A program made the translations under genes and the position numbers. From sequence record SRR31156797_8874: a DNA stretch of 38,836 bases. One strand, 5' to 3'. Below, one piece after another: positions 29,143-37,832 of the stretch (positions are counted from its first letter, which is position 1; each line of letters begins with the position of its first letter). The notes under the pieces are model-generated. The model was not told the DNA's origin. It worked only from the letters and a program-made list of their open reading frames with translations, and did no database searches.

Positions 29143-29230
29143 TTGCCTTAAACCTAAATGAAACTAAACCTGTATAAATGGATTGCTTAGATAGAGTGCC
29201 ACCGAATTTTTCAACGTTCACCCTCATCAG

Positions 29231-29343
29231 TTTGAAAATTTTCAAAATTTTAAAAACTAGTAAAAACGGAAAGTTGGAATCAGGAAATATTATACATGAT
29301 AGCTCTTGTTCTTATTATTGGGGAACTTTGAATTTAATTCAAA
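29231..29343. promoter_or_regulatory. Pair of related palindromes TTTGAA-N4/5-TTCAAA, possible operator sites
   Basis: TTTGAAAATTTTCAAA (29231-29246, perfect) and TTTGAATTTAATTCAAA (29327-29343) within a 240-bp intergenic gap. Confidence 0.35.
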
Positions 29344-29382
29344 AATTTTGTTTTATAGTCCAGTGAAAAAAGATTGTGATTT

Positions 29383-30546
29383 ATGTTGAATTTCAAGAAA
29401 AATTCTAAAGTCTTAGCTATCGGTGTGACATCAGGTCATATTGTTACAGGGTTGTCTGTAGCCTTTGACATGTTCGTTGAAGGCCTTTGTGAACGTTCTA
29501 TTCCGCACCACGTAATAAATGCTGGAATTGGCGTGTCAGTTAAAAGCGCAGGCGTTTTTTCTGTTCACCGCATGATAGGGGTCATGATTGTGCTTTTGAA
29601 ATTTCTTTGTAATTTGCGTGGTACTGATATTGTGTATGTCACGATGGGGAGTTCTAAGTTTGGTTTTCTTCGAGATTTCATTATCGTCCACATAACGGCT
29701 TTGTTTAATCGGCGTCTTGTTTTGCATTTGCACGGAGGAGGGTTTGGTGATTTCTACCACCAGAGCGGCCCATGGTTGCAGATGATCATTCGTTGGACTC
29801 TTAATCGTGTTGACACGATAATTGTGTTAGGAGATTTGCTCCGCGATCAATTCAATTATCTCTCTAACGAACATGGTCCAAAAATAGTAGTGGTTCCAAA
29901 TGGGTTGCCGGATAATAAAAACCCATGGCAGGGGGTCAAAAAGTTGCCGGAGGGAAAACCATTACGATTGTTATATCTGTCGAATATGATTCCTTCAAAG
30001 GGTTATCTTCATGTATTGGAGGCCTGCAGTATCCTTAGAGACAGAGCTCATATTTCCTTTGTTTGTGACTTCGCTGGTGAGTTTTTGAGTACAGGGTCAG
30101 CCTCAGATGGAGTCGAACCGGATCGGGCGCGCAATCACTTTTTTGAACGTGTTGAGGCCTTAGGACTCATGGATATGGTTCGCTACCATGGTGCTGTACA
30201 AGGAGAGGAAAAACAGGAACTGCTTTCAGGTGCGCACATTTTTTTGTTACCTACTCGATACTCAGGAGAAGGACAACCTATCAGCATTATTGAAGCACTC
30301 AGCCAGGGAGTACCGGTTGTAACTACTCGTTTTCGGGGTATCCCCGAACAGATTGAAGACGGTGTGAATGGCATATTGATTGATCTTCCGGCTGCTAAGA
30401 ATATTGCGAATGCCATAGATGTAATTATCCATAATAGTGAAAATTATCAGACTATGAGTTTTATGGCACATGAAATTTTCCAAGAGCGTTTCACCAGGGA
30501 GAAGCACCTTGATCGATTGATAGCTGTGGTTTTGGCTCAATTTTAA
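29383..30546 (+). CDS. Glycosyltransferase family 4
   Basis: LHLHGG, VVPNG, LSNMIPSKG, and EGQPISIIEALSQG (EX7E motif). Confidence 0.88.
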   Translation: MLNFKKNSKVLAIGVTSGHIVTGLSVAFDMFVEGLCERSIPHHVINAGIGVSVKSAGVFSVHRMIGVMIVLLKFLCNLRGTDIVYVTMGSSKFGFLRDFIIVHITALFNRRLVLHLHGGGFGDFYHQSGPWLQMIIRWTLNRVDTIIVLGDLLRDQFNYLSNEHGPKIVVVPNGLPDNKNPWQGVKKLPEGKPLRLLYLSNMIPSKGYLHVLEACSILRDRAHISFVCDFAGEFLSTGSASDGVEPDRARNHFFERVEALGLMDMVRYHGAVQGEEKQELLSGAHIFLLPTRYSGEGQPISIIEALSQGVPVVTTRFRGIPEQIEDGVNGILIDLPAAKNIANAIDVIIHNSENYQTMSFMAHEIFQERFTREKHLDRLIAVVLAQF

Positions 30547-30554
30547 GGTATTGA

Positions 30555-31274
30555 ATGGAGACGAGAATGGTGTACTTTTTTCGAAGATTGAAGAGGATAT
30601 TTAAAATTATTCTTTGCCAAGAATATTTTACTGTTATTGATTGTCGATTACTAAAAAGGAATTTTGGTTCAGAGTCTGCTGGATGGGATGTTGCAGTGGA
30701 CTATATTGATAGTGAGTCTGTAGTGCTTAGTTTTGGGGTTGGAACGGATATCTCTTTTGATCTTGAATTAATAAAATATTGTAATTTGACGGTTCACGCA
30801 TTTGATCCGACCCCAAAGACAATAGAATGGATTGATTCTCAAAAATTGCCACCAAACTTTGTTATGCATGAATTTGGTTTGGCTGATTTTAATGGAACCG
30901 CTAAATTCAATCCACCTGAAAACCCCGCTCATATTTCTCATACAATACTTAATAGATCATCGACGGAATCATCTTCATTTGATGTCTCAGTGAAAAATAT
31001 AAGTACAATTATTAAAGAGATAGGCCATGAAAAGATTGATGTGATGAAGATGGATATCGAAGGGGCGGAGTATGCAGTAATAAGTGATTTAGAAATTTCT
31101 GGGATAAGACCGAAACAATTACTTGTTGAATTTCATCATAGATTTCCGGGGGTTGGTGTGAAAAAAACCAGGGAGGCTGTTCGCAAACTAAGAGCAATGG
31201 GGTATTGTTTATTCTATGTTTCTTTAACAGGTGAAGAGTATTCGTTTATTTACCAGCCTGGAGATAAATTGTGA
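30555..31274 (+). CDS. FkbM-family methyltransferase
   Basis: SFGVGTDISFD, AFDPTP, MKMDIEGAE and QLLVEFHH motifs. Confidence 0.88.
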   Translation: METRMVYFFRRLKRIFKIILCQEYFTVIDCRLLKRNFGSESAGWDVAVDYIDSESVVLSFGVGTDISFDLELIKYCNLTVHAFDPTPKTIEWIDSQKLPPNFVMHEFGLADFNGTAKFNPPENPAHISHTILNRSSTESSSFDVSVKNISTIIKEIGHEKIDVMKMDIEGAEYAVISDLEISGIRPKQLLVEFHHRFPGVGVKKTREAVRKLRAMGYCLFYVSLTGEEYSFIYQPGDKL

Positions 31275-31338
31275 TCAGTATCTGTGCCAAAAATTGACGT
31301 ATTATGATATGTGATCGGAAAACAGGAGAAGGTGTTGG

Positions 31339-32064
31339 ATGAAAGAAGTAATGTTGGATGAAAAACTTAAACAAAATTACAATGATTACTATTGTGGTGA
31401 CTCAAAGACAGGGTGGCGGCAAATAGGAGCTATGGATAAAGCACATAACGTTATGAGTGCGTGCAAAGCTATCCCTCATGATACGATCTTGGAAATTGGT
31501 GCTGGTGAAGGTTCACTCCTTCAGGAACTGGCATCTAATAAATTTGGAAAGGAGCTCTATGCACTTGAAATATCAAGGTCAGGAGTGGATGTTATCCGGA
31601 AAAGGTGTGTTGGGAAGATAAAGGAAGTTGAACTGTTCGACGGTTACTCCATTCCATATGATGACAATCGATTCGATCTGGCTATACTGAGTCATGTCGT
31701 AGAACACTTGGAGTTCCCACGGTTACTTATTCGTGAAGCGGGGCGTGTGGCAAAACATGTATTTATTGAAGTACCCTTGGAAGATACAATAAGGGCCCCT
31801 AAAGATTTTGAATTTACTCGCACTGGTCACATTAATTTTTATTCATATAAGAATATCAGAAAGTTGGTGCAATCGAGTGGGTTCGATGTGATATGTCAAG
31901 AACTTAGTAACCAATCTTTTGCTGTGCATAAATATCGATCTGCAATCAAAGCGTTATTTAAATATCCTGTTCGTGAAGTATTCCTTCGTGTAGCGCCTAT
32001 AATTGCACCTATATTTTTTGTGTATCATTGTCACCTTTTACTTAAGCGAAAGTCATCTGTATAA
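31339..32064 (+). CDS. Class I SAM-dependent methyltransferase
   Basis: LEIGAGEG, FDLAILSHVVEH and GHINFY motifs; alternative start at 31351. Confidence 0.88.
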   Translation: MKEVMLDEKLKQNYNDYYCGDSKTGWRQIGAMDKAHNVMSACKAIPHDTILEIGAGEGSLLQELASNKFGKELYALEISRSGVDVIRKRCVGKIKEVELFDGYSIPYDDNRFDLAILSHVVEHLEFPRLLIREAGRVAKHVFIEVPLEDTIRAPKDFEFTRTGHINFYSYKNIRKLVQSSGFDVICQELSNQSFAVHKYRSAIKALFKYPVREVFLRVAPIIAPIFFVYHCHLLLKRKSSV

Positions 32065-32113
32065 AACACTCGGAATTTTTTTTACAATTTTAATGAAAAA
32101 GGGGTTAATTCAA

Positions 32114-32260
32114 AACTCTTTTTTGGCGGAAAATAAGAAGGATAAAATTCTTGCTGCTGCTAATAATGTGCTTTCGGGGAAGATTTCAAATGGCCGGATA
32201 CTAGAAAAATGGGATGGAAAGGCAGCGGAACTAATTGTGGCCATACTTTTGGACATTTGA
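32114..32260 (+). pseudogene. C-terminal remnant of a non-hydrolysing UDP-GlcNAc 2-epimerase (WecB-like)
   Basis: DKILAAANNVLSGKISNGRILEKWDGKAAELIVAIL matches the WecB-family C-terminal pattern (W/Y/F)DGKAAERIVxxL; no upstream body of the gene is present. Confidence 0.7.
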
Positions 32261-32351
32261 TGGGCACCGGGTTGCTGAATGTTCGGATGACGGTAGCTCC
32301 ATAAATTTTAAATGCACACCATAAAACTTTCTTTAAGGCAACGTTTTCGTT

Positions 32352-33572
32352 ATGAAAATAATAATTATTTCACAGGTTTTTTGGCCCGATGAATCAGCAG
32401 GGTCACAGATTCTTACCGATCTCAGCGAAGCATTAGGCGAAAATGGATTCGAAATTGATTTGATCACAAGTGGTAACTCATATGAAAATCCGAATATTCT
32501 TTATCCTAAAAAAGATTACTACAAGGGTATTCATATCAAAAGATTGAGAACCGGATGGTTTGGTAAAAGCTCCAAGTTAGGACGGCTTATTAATTTCCTT
32601 ATTTTTAATGTTAAGTTGTTTTTTTACCTACTATTTATTAGAAGAGGGCATTATGAATTAATGATTTCTCTGTCGGTACCTCCCTTGATCTCTTTCTTTG
32701 GTGTAATAATTGCAAAGTTAAAAAGAATTAAGTTTTTGTTTTGGGCAATGGATCTCCAACCAGAACTGGCTGTCCTTGCTGGATACTTAAATAGAAACAG
32801 TAGCCTCACAAAAATGTTACAACTAATGGGTGATTATACATATAAGAAATCCGATTTAATAATTACCTTAGACAAATATATGGCTAAACATATCAAGAAG
32901 AGAGGTGCAAAAGAGGAGCGGATTCAAATCATTCCTGTCTGGCCGGCTATGTATGATATCTATGGTGGGGCCCGTCTTGACAATCCTTTCCGGATAGAAT
33001 ATGGCTTTAAAAATAAAGTAGTAATAATGTATTCAGGCAATCATTCGGTAATGCATCCTCTTGACATGTTATTAAGTAGTGCTTTGGATTTGAGAAATGA
33101 TTCGAGATTTTTATTCGTATTCATTGGAGGTGGTGTAAGAAAAAGAGAAGTGACTGATTTTATGGAAAAGCATCTTCTGACCAATATCATTCAATTACCT
33201 CTTCAAGATCGAGTGAAGATCCATTTATCCTTGAGTTCCGCAGACATTCATGCCGTTGTCCTTGGAAACGGATGCGCCGGTTACACCCATCCTTGTAAGA
33301 TCTATAGTGCTATGGGTATCGGTAGCCCAATTTTGTACGTTGGGCCCGAGCAGAGTCATGTCGGAGACATATTAGAAATTTGTTCGGGGAATATAAGCGT
33401 TGAACATAATCAACCAGGGACTCTGACCAAAGAGCTAAGGGCATTCGCTAATATGGAGCAGGATCGAAGGGATAAAATTGGAAATAAAAATATGAGTTAT
33501 GTCAAAGAACATTTTTCAAAAGAAAATTTAATTAATAAATTTGTCTGTCAAGTTAAGTCTTTATTAAATTAG
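32352..33572 (+). CDS. Glycosyltransferase family 4, WbuB-like
   Basis: ISQVFWPD, WAMDLQPE, MYSGNHS and HPCKIY motifs. Confidence 0.85.
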   Translation: MKIIIISQVFWPDESAGSQILTDLSEALGENGFEIDLITSGNSYENPNILYPKKDYYKGIHIKRLRTGWFGKSSKLGRLINFLIFNVKLFFYLLFIRRGHYELMISLSVPPLISFFGVIIAKLKRIKFLFWAMDLQPELAVLAGYLNRNSSLTKMLQLMGDYTYKKSDLIITLDKYMAKHIKKRGAKEERIQIIPVWPAMYDIYGGARLDNPFRIEYGFKNKVVIMYSGNHSVMHPLDMLLSSALDLRNDSRFLFVFIGGGVRKREVTDFMEKHLLTNIIQLPLQDRVKIHLSLSSADIHAVVLGNGCAGYTHPCKIYSAMGIGSPILYVGPEQSHVGDILEICSGNISVEHNQPGTLTKELRAFANMEQDRRDKIGNKNMSYVKEHFSKENLINKFVCQVKSLLN

Positions 33573-33600
33573 CCATTCAGATGGCTAACCGCTATTTTTT
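33569..33600 (+). terminator. Possible intrinsic terminator hairpin
   Basis: TTAGCCAT-tcag-ATGGCTAA (8-bp stem) overlapping the stop codon, followed 6 nt later by T6. Confidence 0.4.
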
Positions 33601-33734
33601 GATAATTACAGTGTTAAACCGATTAGATGAGAATTGTTGCCGCATAAAGAGTGATATGTCATATTGACTCTGACTTAGATAATTTCAGGAAAAGTACGTT
33701 TTTAACCTCAAATATGATTATAGGAGATAAACTT

Positions 33735-34166
33735 GTGGAAAAGATTTTTAATGATGATCCAAGGGACTGGCCAAAAGATATTCGTGTTAATTTAGAGGCC
33801 GCTCATGAAGATGATCGTGGTTTTATTCAATGTCTAGTAAACTTGCCGACTCGAAATATTTCTCTGATTTTTTCAGAGAAAGGATCAGTTCGATCCAACC
33901 ACTACCATAAGACAGACTGGCATTATATGTATATCCTCTCCGGCAGTATGGATTATTACTATCGTCCCCACGGAGATAAAGGTGAAATCAAGAAGGTAAC
34001 TCTTAAAAAAGGAGACATGGTTTTCACTCGTCCAATGGAAGAGCACACTACTTTTTTTCCGGAAAGCACTAACTTTTTGGCTATTAGCCGTAATCCCAGG
34101 GATCAAGAAGCTTATGAAGCAGATGTCGTTAGAGTCCAACTGATTGACCCTGAGAGCCTGGTATGA
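33735..34166 (+). CDS. Cupin-domain protein (FdtA/QdtA 3,4-ketoisomerase- or RmlC-like fold)
   Basis: EDDRG, RSNHYHK...HYMY and EEH motifs; GTG 33735 chosen because of the AGGAG RBS upstream. Confidence 0.75.
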   Translation: MEKIFNDDPRDWPKDIRVNLEAAHEDDRGFIQCLVNLPTRNISLIFSEKGSVRSNHYHKTDWHYMYILSGSMDYYYRPHGDKGEIKKVTLKKGDMVFTRPMEEHTTFFPESTNFLAISRNPRDQEAYEADVVRVQLIDPESLV

Positions 34167-34169
34167 ATT

Positions 34170-35420
34170 ATGAGTAAAGAATTTTATCGAAGAAATAGTT
34201 GTCGACTTTGCAATCATAAGGAACTGGAAGACGTTATTGAACTGACTCCGACCCCGCCAGGGAATAATTTTCTTTCAAAAAGTCAGCTTGATCATCCTGA
34301 GTCCTTTTATCCCATTATTGTTCGTTTTTGTGAGCATTGCGGACATGTCCAACTTGCAGACGTCGTTAATCCGGAAATTCTCTATCAAGACGATTATAAA
34401 TATGTATCCGGTACATCTCCTGTCTTTGTTGAACATTTTCGCCAATATGTTGAGGACGTATTAACTGAATACAGTATTCCGAACGGGGCTCTTGTTGTAG
34501 ATATTGGATCAAATGACGGTTCTTGCCTAAGGTTTTTTAAACAGGCTGGTTTTAATGTGTTGGGGGTCGATCCAGCAACTGATATTGCAGCTAAAGCCAC
34601 AGATCAAGGCATCCCGACAGTTGCTGATTTTTTCTCAGAATCGCTTGGCCAAAAACTTGTTAAAGAAAACGGTCCGGCTCATTTGATTACATCTCACAAT
34701 GCTTGTGCCCATATAGACGACTTGGCCGGTATCATGTGCGGAGTGCGGCATTTGTTGGCTGATGATGGCCTGTTTGTTTTTGAAGTCGGCTATCTTTTAG
34801 ATGTTTATAGCAATACTTGGTTTGATACCATGTATCATGAGCATTTGGATTATCATAGTGTGAAGCCCTTTGTTCCTTTTTTTAAAAGTCTTAATATGGA
34901 ATTGCTTTCGGTAAAACGAATATCTCCACAAGGTGGGTCCATTCGTTTACATGTTCAAAAAAAAGGCGGCCCTCATCGCGCCGATTCAAGCGTTGGTAAA
35001 CTAATTCAGCTCGAAGAAAAGATTGGATTAGACAAAGCTGGAACTTTTAGACTTTTCAACGACAAGATTAATGCTGTTAAGCAAGAGTTGTCGGGAATAT
35101 TGCAATTGCTTAAGGCACAGGGAAAGTCTGTTGCAGGATATGGCGCACCAACCAAGTCAACGACCTTGCTGACCCATTTCGGTTTGGGAAATGAGATATT
35201 AGATTTTGTCGTCGATGACAATCCTTTAAAGCAGGGCAAGTTTTCTCCCGGCTTTCATATACCTATAATGGGTGCCGAGGAGTTGTACAAGCGGATGCCT
35301 GATTATCTTGTCGTACTGGCTTGGAATTTTGCAGAACCCATTATGGAAAAACATAAGGAATATAAAAATAGAGGTGGGAAATTTATTCTTCCAATGCCCA
35401 AAGCGCATATTGTAGAATAG
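34170..35420 (+). CDS. NDP-sugar C-methyltransferase (TcaB9/EryBIII/NovU type)
   Basis: Zn site CRLC...CEHC, DIGSNDG, FDTMYHEH, GGSIR, GYGAPTK, DDNPLKQG and LAWNF. Confidence 0.88.
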   Translation: MSKEFYRRNSCRLCNHKELEDVIELTPTPPGNNFLSKSQLDHPESFYPIIVRFCEHCGHVQLADVVNPEILYQDDYKYVSGTSPVFVEHFRQYVEDVLTEYSIPNGALVVDIGSNDGSCLRFFKQAGFNVLGVDPATDIAAKATDQGIPTVADFFSESLGQKLVKENGPAHLITSHNACAHIDDLAGIMCGVRHLLADDGLFVFEVGYLLDVYSNTWFDTMYHEHLDYHSVKPFVPFFKSLNMELLSVKRISPQGGSIRLHVQKKGGPHRADSSVGKLIQLEEKIGLDKAGTFRLFNDKINAVKQELSGILQLLKAQGKSVAGYGAPTKSTTLLTHFGLGNEILDFVVDDNPLKQGKFSPGFHIPIMGAEELYKRMPDYLVVLAWNFAEPIMEKHKEYKNRGGKFILPMPKAHIVE

Positions 35421-35432
35421 GAGCGCAATACA

Positions 35433-36104
35433 ATGAATTTTGAACGAGCCTTAGTCATAGCGCCTCACCCCGATGATGACATATTGGGGGTTGGCGGCTT
35501 CATTAATAAATTGAGCAACTCAGGTTGCGAGGTTATGGTATTAACGGTTTCCGGCCACCTACCACCTGTTTATTCAGAAGAAAATTTTGCAACAACGGTA
35601 AAAGAAGCGGAACGAGCGCATAAATTGGTCGGAGTTTTGCATAGCGAATATTTGAAAATTCCTGCCACAAAGATTGGTGATGTCCCTATTAGCGAGTTAA
35701 ACGGCAAGATTGTTGACGTAGTAAACGAGTTCAAACCAGCACTTGTTCTTTGTCCCTATCCCGACCGGCATATTGACCATCGCTTGGTGTTCGACGCAAC
35801 AATGGTTGCTGCAAGGCCGATAGGTGAAGGATCAAACATTAAGCTGCTTGCTGCCTATGAAACTTTGTCCGAGACTCACTGGAATGCCCCTCATATAGAA
35901 TGCAATTTTGTTCCCAATTGGGTAGTAGATATTACAAGTACTATAGAGGTTAAGAAACGGGCTTTGTCTTGTTTTGAAAGTCAATTATATCCATTCCCGG
36001 CTCCACGGTCCATTAAGGCAGTTGAAGCTCTTGCTATGTTTCGTGGAACCCAGTCCAGCTTTGCTTATGGTGAAGGTCTGGAAATTATTCGTATGATCTC
36101 TTAG
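35433..36104 (+). CDS. PIG-L/LmbE-family N-deacetylase
   Basis: IAPHPDDD and DRHIDH motifs, plus VDIT....KK.AL..FESQ. Confidence 0.88.
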   Translation: MNFERALVIAPHPDDDILGVGGFINKLSNSGCEVMVLTVSGHLPPVYSEENFATTVKEAERAHKLVGVLHSEYLKIPATKIGDVPISELNGKIVDVVNEFKPALVLCPYPDRHIDHRLVFDATMVAARPIGEGSNIKLLAAYETLSETHWNAPHIECNFVPNWVVDITSTIEVKKRALSCFESQLYPFPAPRSIKAVEALAMFRGTQSSFAYGEGLEIIRMIS

Positions 36105-36119
36105 TTTGAGAAATGAGTT

Positions 36120-36821
36120 ATGAATGAATTAGAAAAAAAAATAAAAGCAGAGAAACAAGAATCAATACAGCGTGCAAATGAACTAATAGCCCAGGGAGTA
36201 TATGTGAGAGACCCCATGAGATTTGACATAAGGGGTTCACTTGAATGTGGTAAAAATGTTGAAATTGACATTAATGTAATTATTGAAGGTGATGTAAAGC
36301 TGGGAGATAGGGTTAAGATAGGTCCCAATTGTATTCTTAAAGATTCTACCATAGAGGAAGGTGCAAAGATAAAGGCCAACTCCATGGTGGAGAGTGCTGC
36401 TATTGGCAAGTCTTGTTTAATTGGGCCATACGCAAGGGTTCGCGCCGGCACAAAGTTAGGTGATCGAGTTCAGATTGGAAATTATGTTGAAGTTAAAGAG
36501 GTCACCATGGATGCCGGATGCAAAGTCAATCATCTGAGTTATATTGGGGATGCTACCCTTGGAGAGAGAGTGATTATTGGTGCCGGCACAATCACCTGTA
36601 ACTTTGATGGCACAAAAAAGAATGATACTCATGTTGAAAACAGCGCTTTTATTGGTTCAGGCTGCGAATTGGTAGCCCCGGTAAGAGTGGGCGAACGCTC
36701 AATGGTTGGCGCAGGCTCAACTATAACAAAGGATGTGCCTGCGTTTGAGTTGACCCTGGCGCGCAGCCGTCAAGTGGTAATTAAAGGCAAAAGACCGCCA
36801 ATATCATATGAAAAGGACTAA
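36120..36821 (+). CDS. Stand-alone GlmU C-terminal (left-handed beta-helix) N-acetyltransferase domain
   Basis: [45 protein letters not shown] and LVAPV motifs; 233 aa with no N-terminal uridyltransferase domain. Confidence 0.85.
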   Translation: MNELEKKIKAEKQESIQRANELIAQGVYVRDPMRFDIRGSLECGKNVEIDINVIIEGDVKLGDRVKIGPNCILKDSTIEEGAKIKANSMVESAAIGKSCLIGPYARVRAGTKLGDRVQIGNYVEVKEVTMDAGCKVNHLSYIGDATLGERVIIGAGTITCNFDGTKKNDTHVENSAFIGSGCELVAPVRVGERSMVGAGSTITKDVPAFELTLARSRQVVIKGKRPPISYEKD

Positions 36822-36829
36822 AATTAATA

Positions 36830-37831
36830 ATGTGGTTAGCTATAACTGCTTTTGTGCTCAGCTTTATTGGGATTTTTTTTTTAAAAAAATATGCTTTAAA
36901 ATTGAAATTGGTTGCCATACCAAATGAACGCAGTCTTCACCAGAAGGTAACGCCACAAGGTGGGGGCGTGATAATCGCTGTCATTTTTTTAGCCTTTACC
37001 ATATTGTTCTATTTGTCCGGCCATATGAAGGATGTAGAATTCTTTGCTTTGTTTGGTGGCGGCCTAATCATGTCAGTTACGGGTTTTATCGATGATATTT
37101 TGGAAATAAAAGCTATTATTCGTTTTTTTATTCAATTTCTGGCAGCGGGCTGGGGGCTGTTTTGGATCGGTGGAATTCCCTATATCGCTTTTTTTGAACT
37201 GGTGCCCGGGCTGTATGCGTTTGCTAATGCTGTCGTTGTTGTGGCACTTGTTTGGTTTATTAATTCATTTAATTTTATGGATGGTATCGATGGCATGGCA
37301 ACCTCCGGTGCCATTTTTTTTTCTCTGAGTGTTGGTATTTATTTCCTTTTGCAAGGCATTGAACCCTATGGTCGCTTACTAATTATTTTGGCGGCCTGCT
37401 CGTTGGCATTTTTATGTTTCAATTGGCCCCCTGCTAAAATGTTCTTAGGGGATGCCGGCAGCAATTTCTTTGGCTACTTTTTTGGGGTACTGATATTGAT
37501 TACTGTTAAAAATGAGAATATCTCTGTCTGGACATGGTTAATAATCCTTGCTTATTTTATAACAGATACCACCACCACCACCTTTCTGCGAATGTGCCTG
37601 GTAAAGGACTGGTATCGGACCCATCGTAGCCATGCTTACCAAAATCTGGCCCGAGTCCTTGATAATCATAAATTTGTAACTCGCTTAATTTTGGGTATCA
37701 ATCTCTTTTACCTTCTGCCATTGGCCTATTTATCGATTCAATATCAACAATACGCCTGGCTTGTCTTTCTCGCCAGCGTGATTCCTTTGTTTTTTTTCGT
37801 TTTGAAATATGGACCATTGTATGCGAGATAA
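36830..37831 (+). CDS. MraY-like polyprenyl-phosphate HexNAc-1-phosphate transferase (WbpL/WbcO-like initiating transferase)
   Basis: PNERSLH..TPQGGG, GFIDD, NSFNFMDGIDG, FNWPPAKMFLGDAGS and HRSHAYQ motifs. Confidence 0.9.
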   Translation: MWLAITAFVLSFIGIFFLKKYALKLKLVAIPNERSLHQKVTPQGGGVIIAVIFLAFTILFYLSGHMKDVEFFALFGGGLIMSVTGFIDDILEIKAIIRFFIQFLAAGWGLFWIGGIPYIAFFELVPGLYAFANAVVVVALVWFINSFNFMDGIDGMATSGAIFFSLSVGIYFLLQGIEPYGRLLIILAACSLAFLCFNWPPAKMFLGDAGSNFFGYFFGVLILITVKNENISVWTWLIILAYFITDTTTTTFLRMCLVKDWYRTHRSHAYQNLARVLDNHKFVTRLILGINLFYLLPLAYLSIQYQQYAWLVFLASVIPLFFFVLKYGPLYAR

Positions 37832-37832
37832 A

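Noticed and set aside
12151-32076. CTCGGAA recurring in three intergenic regions (near 12151, 24048, 32069)
   Set aside because: Only 7 nt with dissimilar flanks; compatible with chance.
32289-32300. ops/JUMPstart-like element (GACGGTAGCTCC)
   Set aside because: Mismatches the GGCGGTAGnnTG consensus and is not at the head of the operon.
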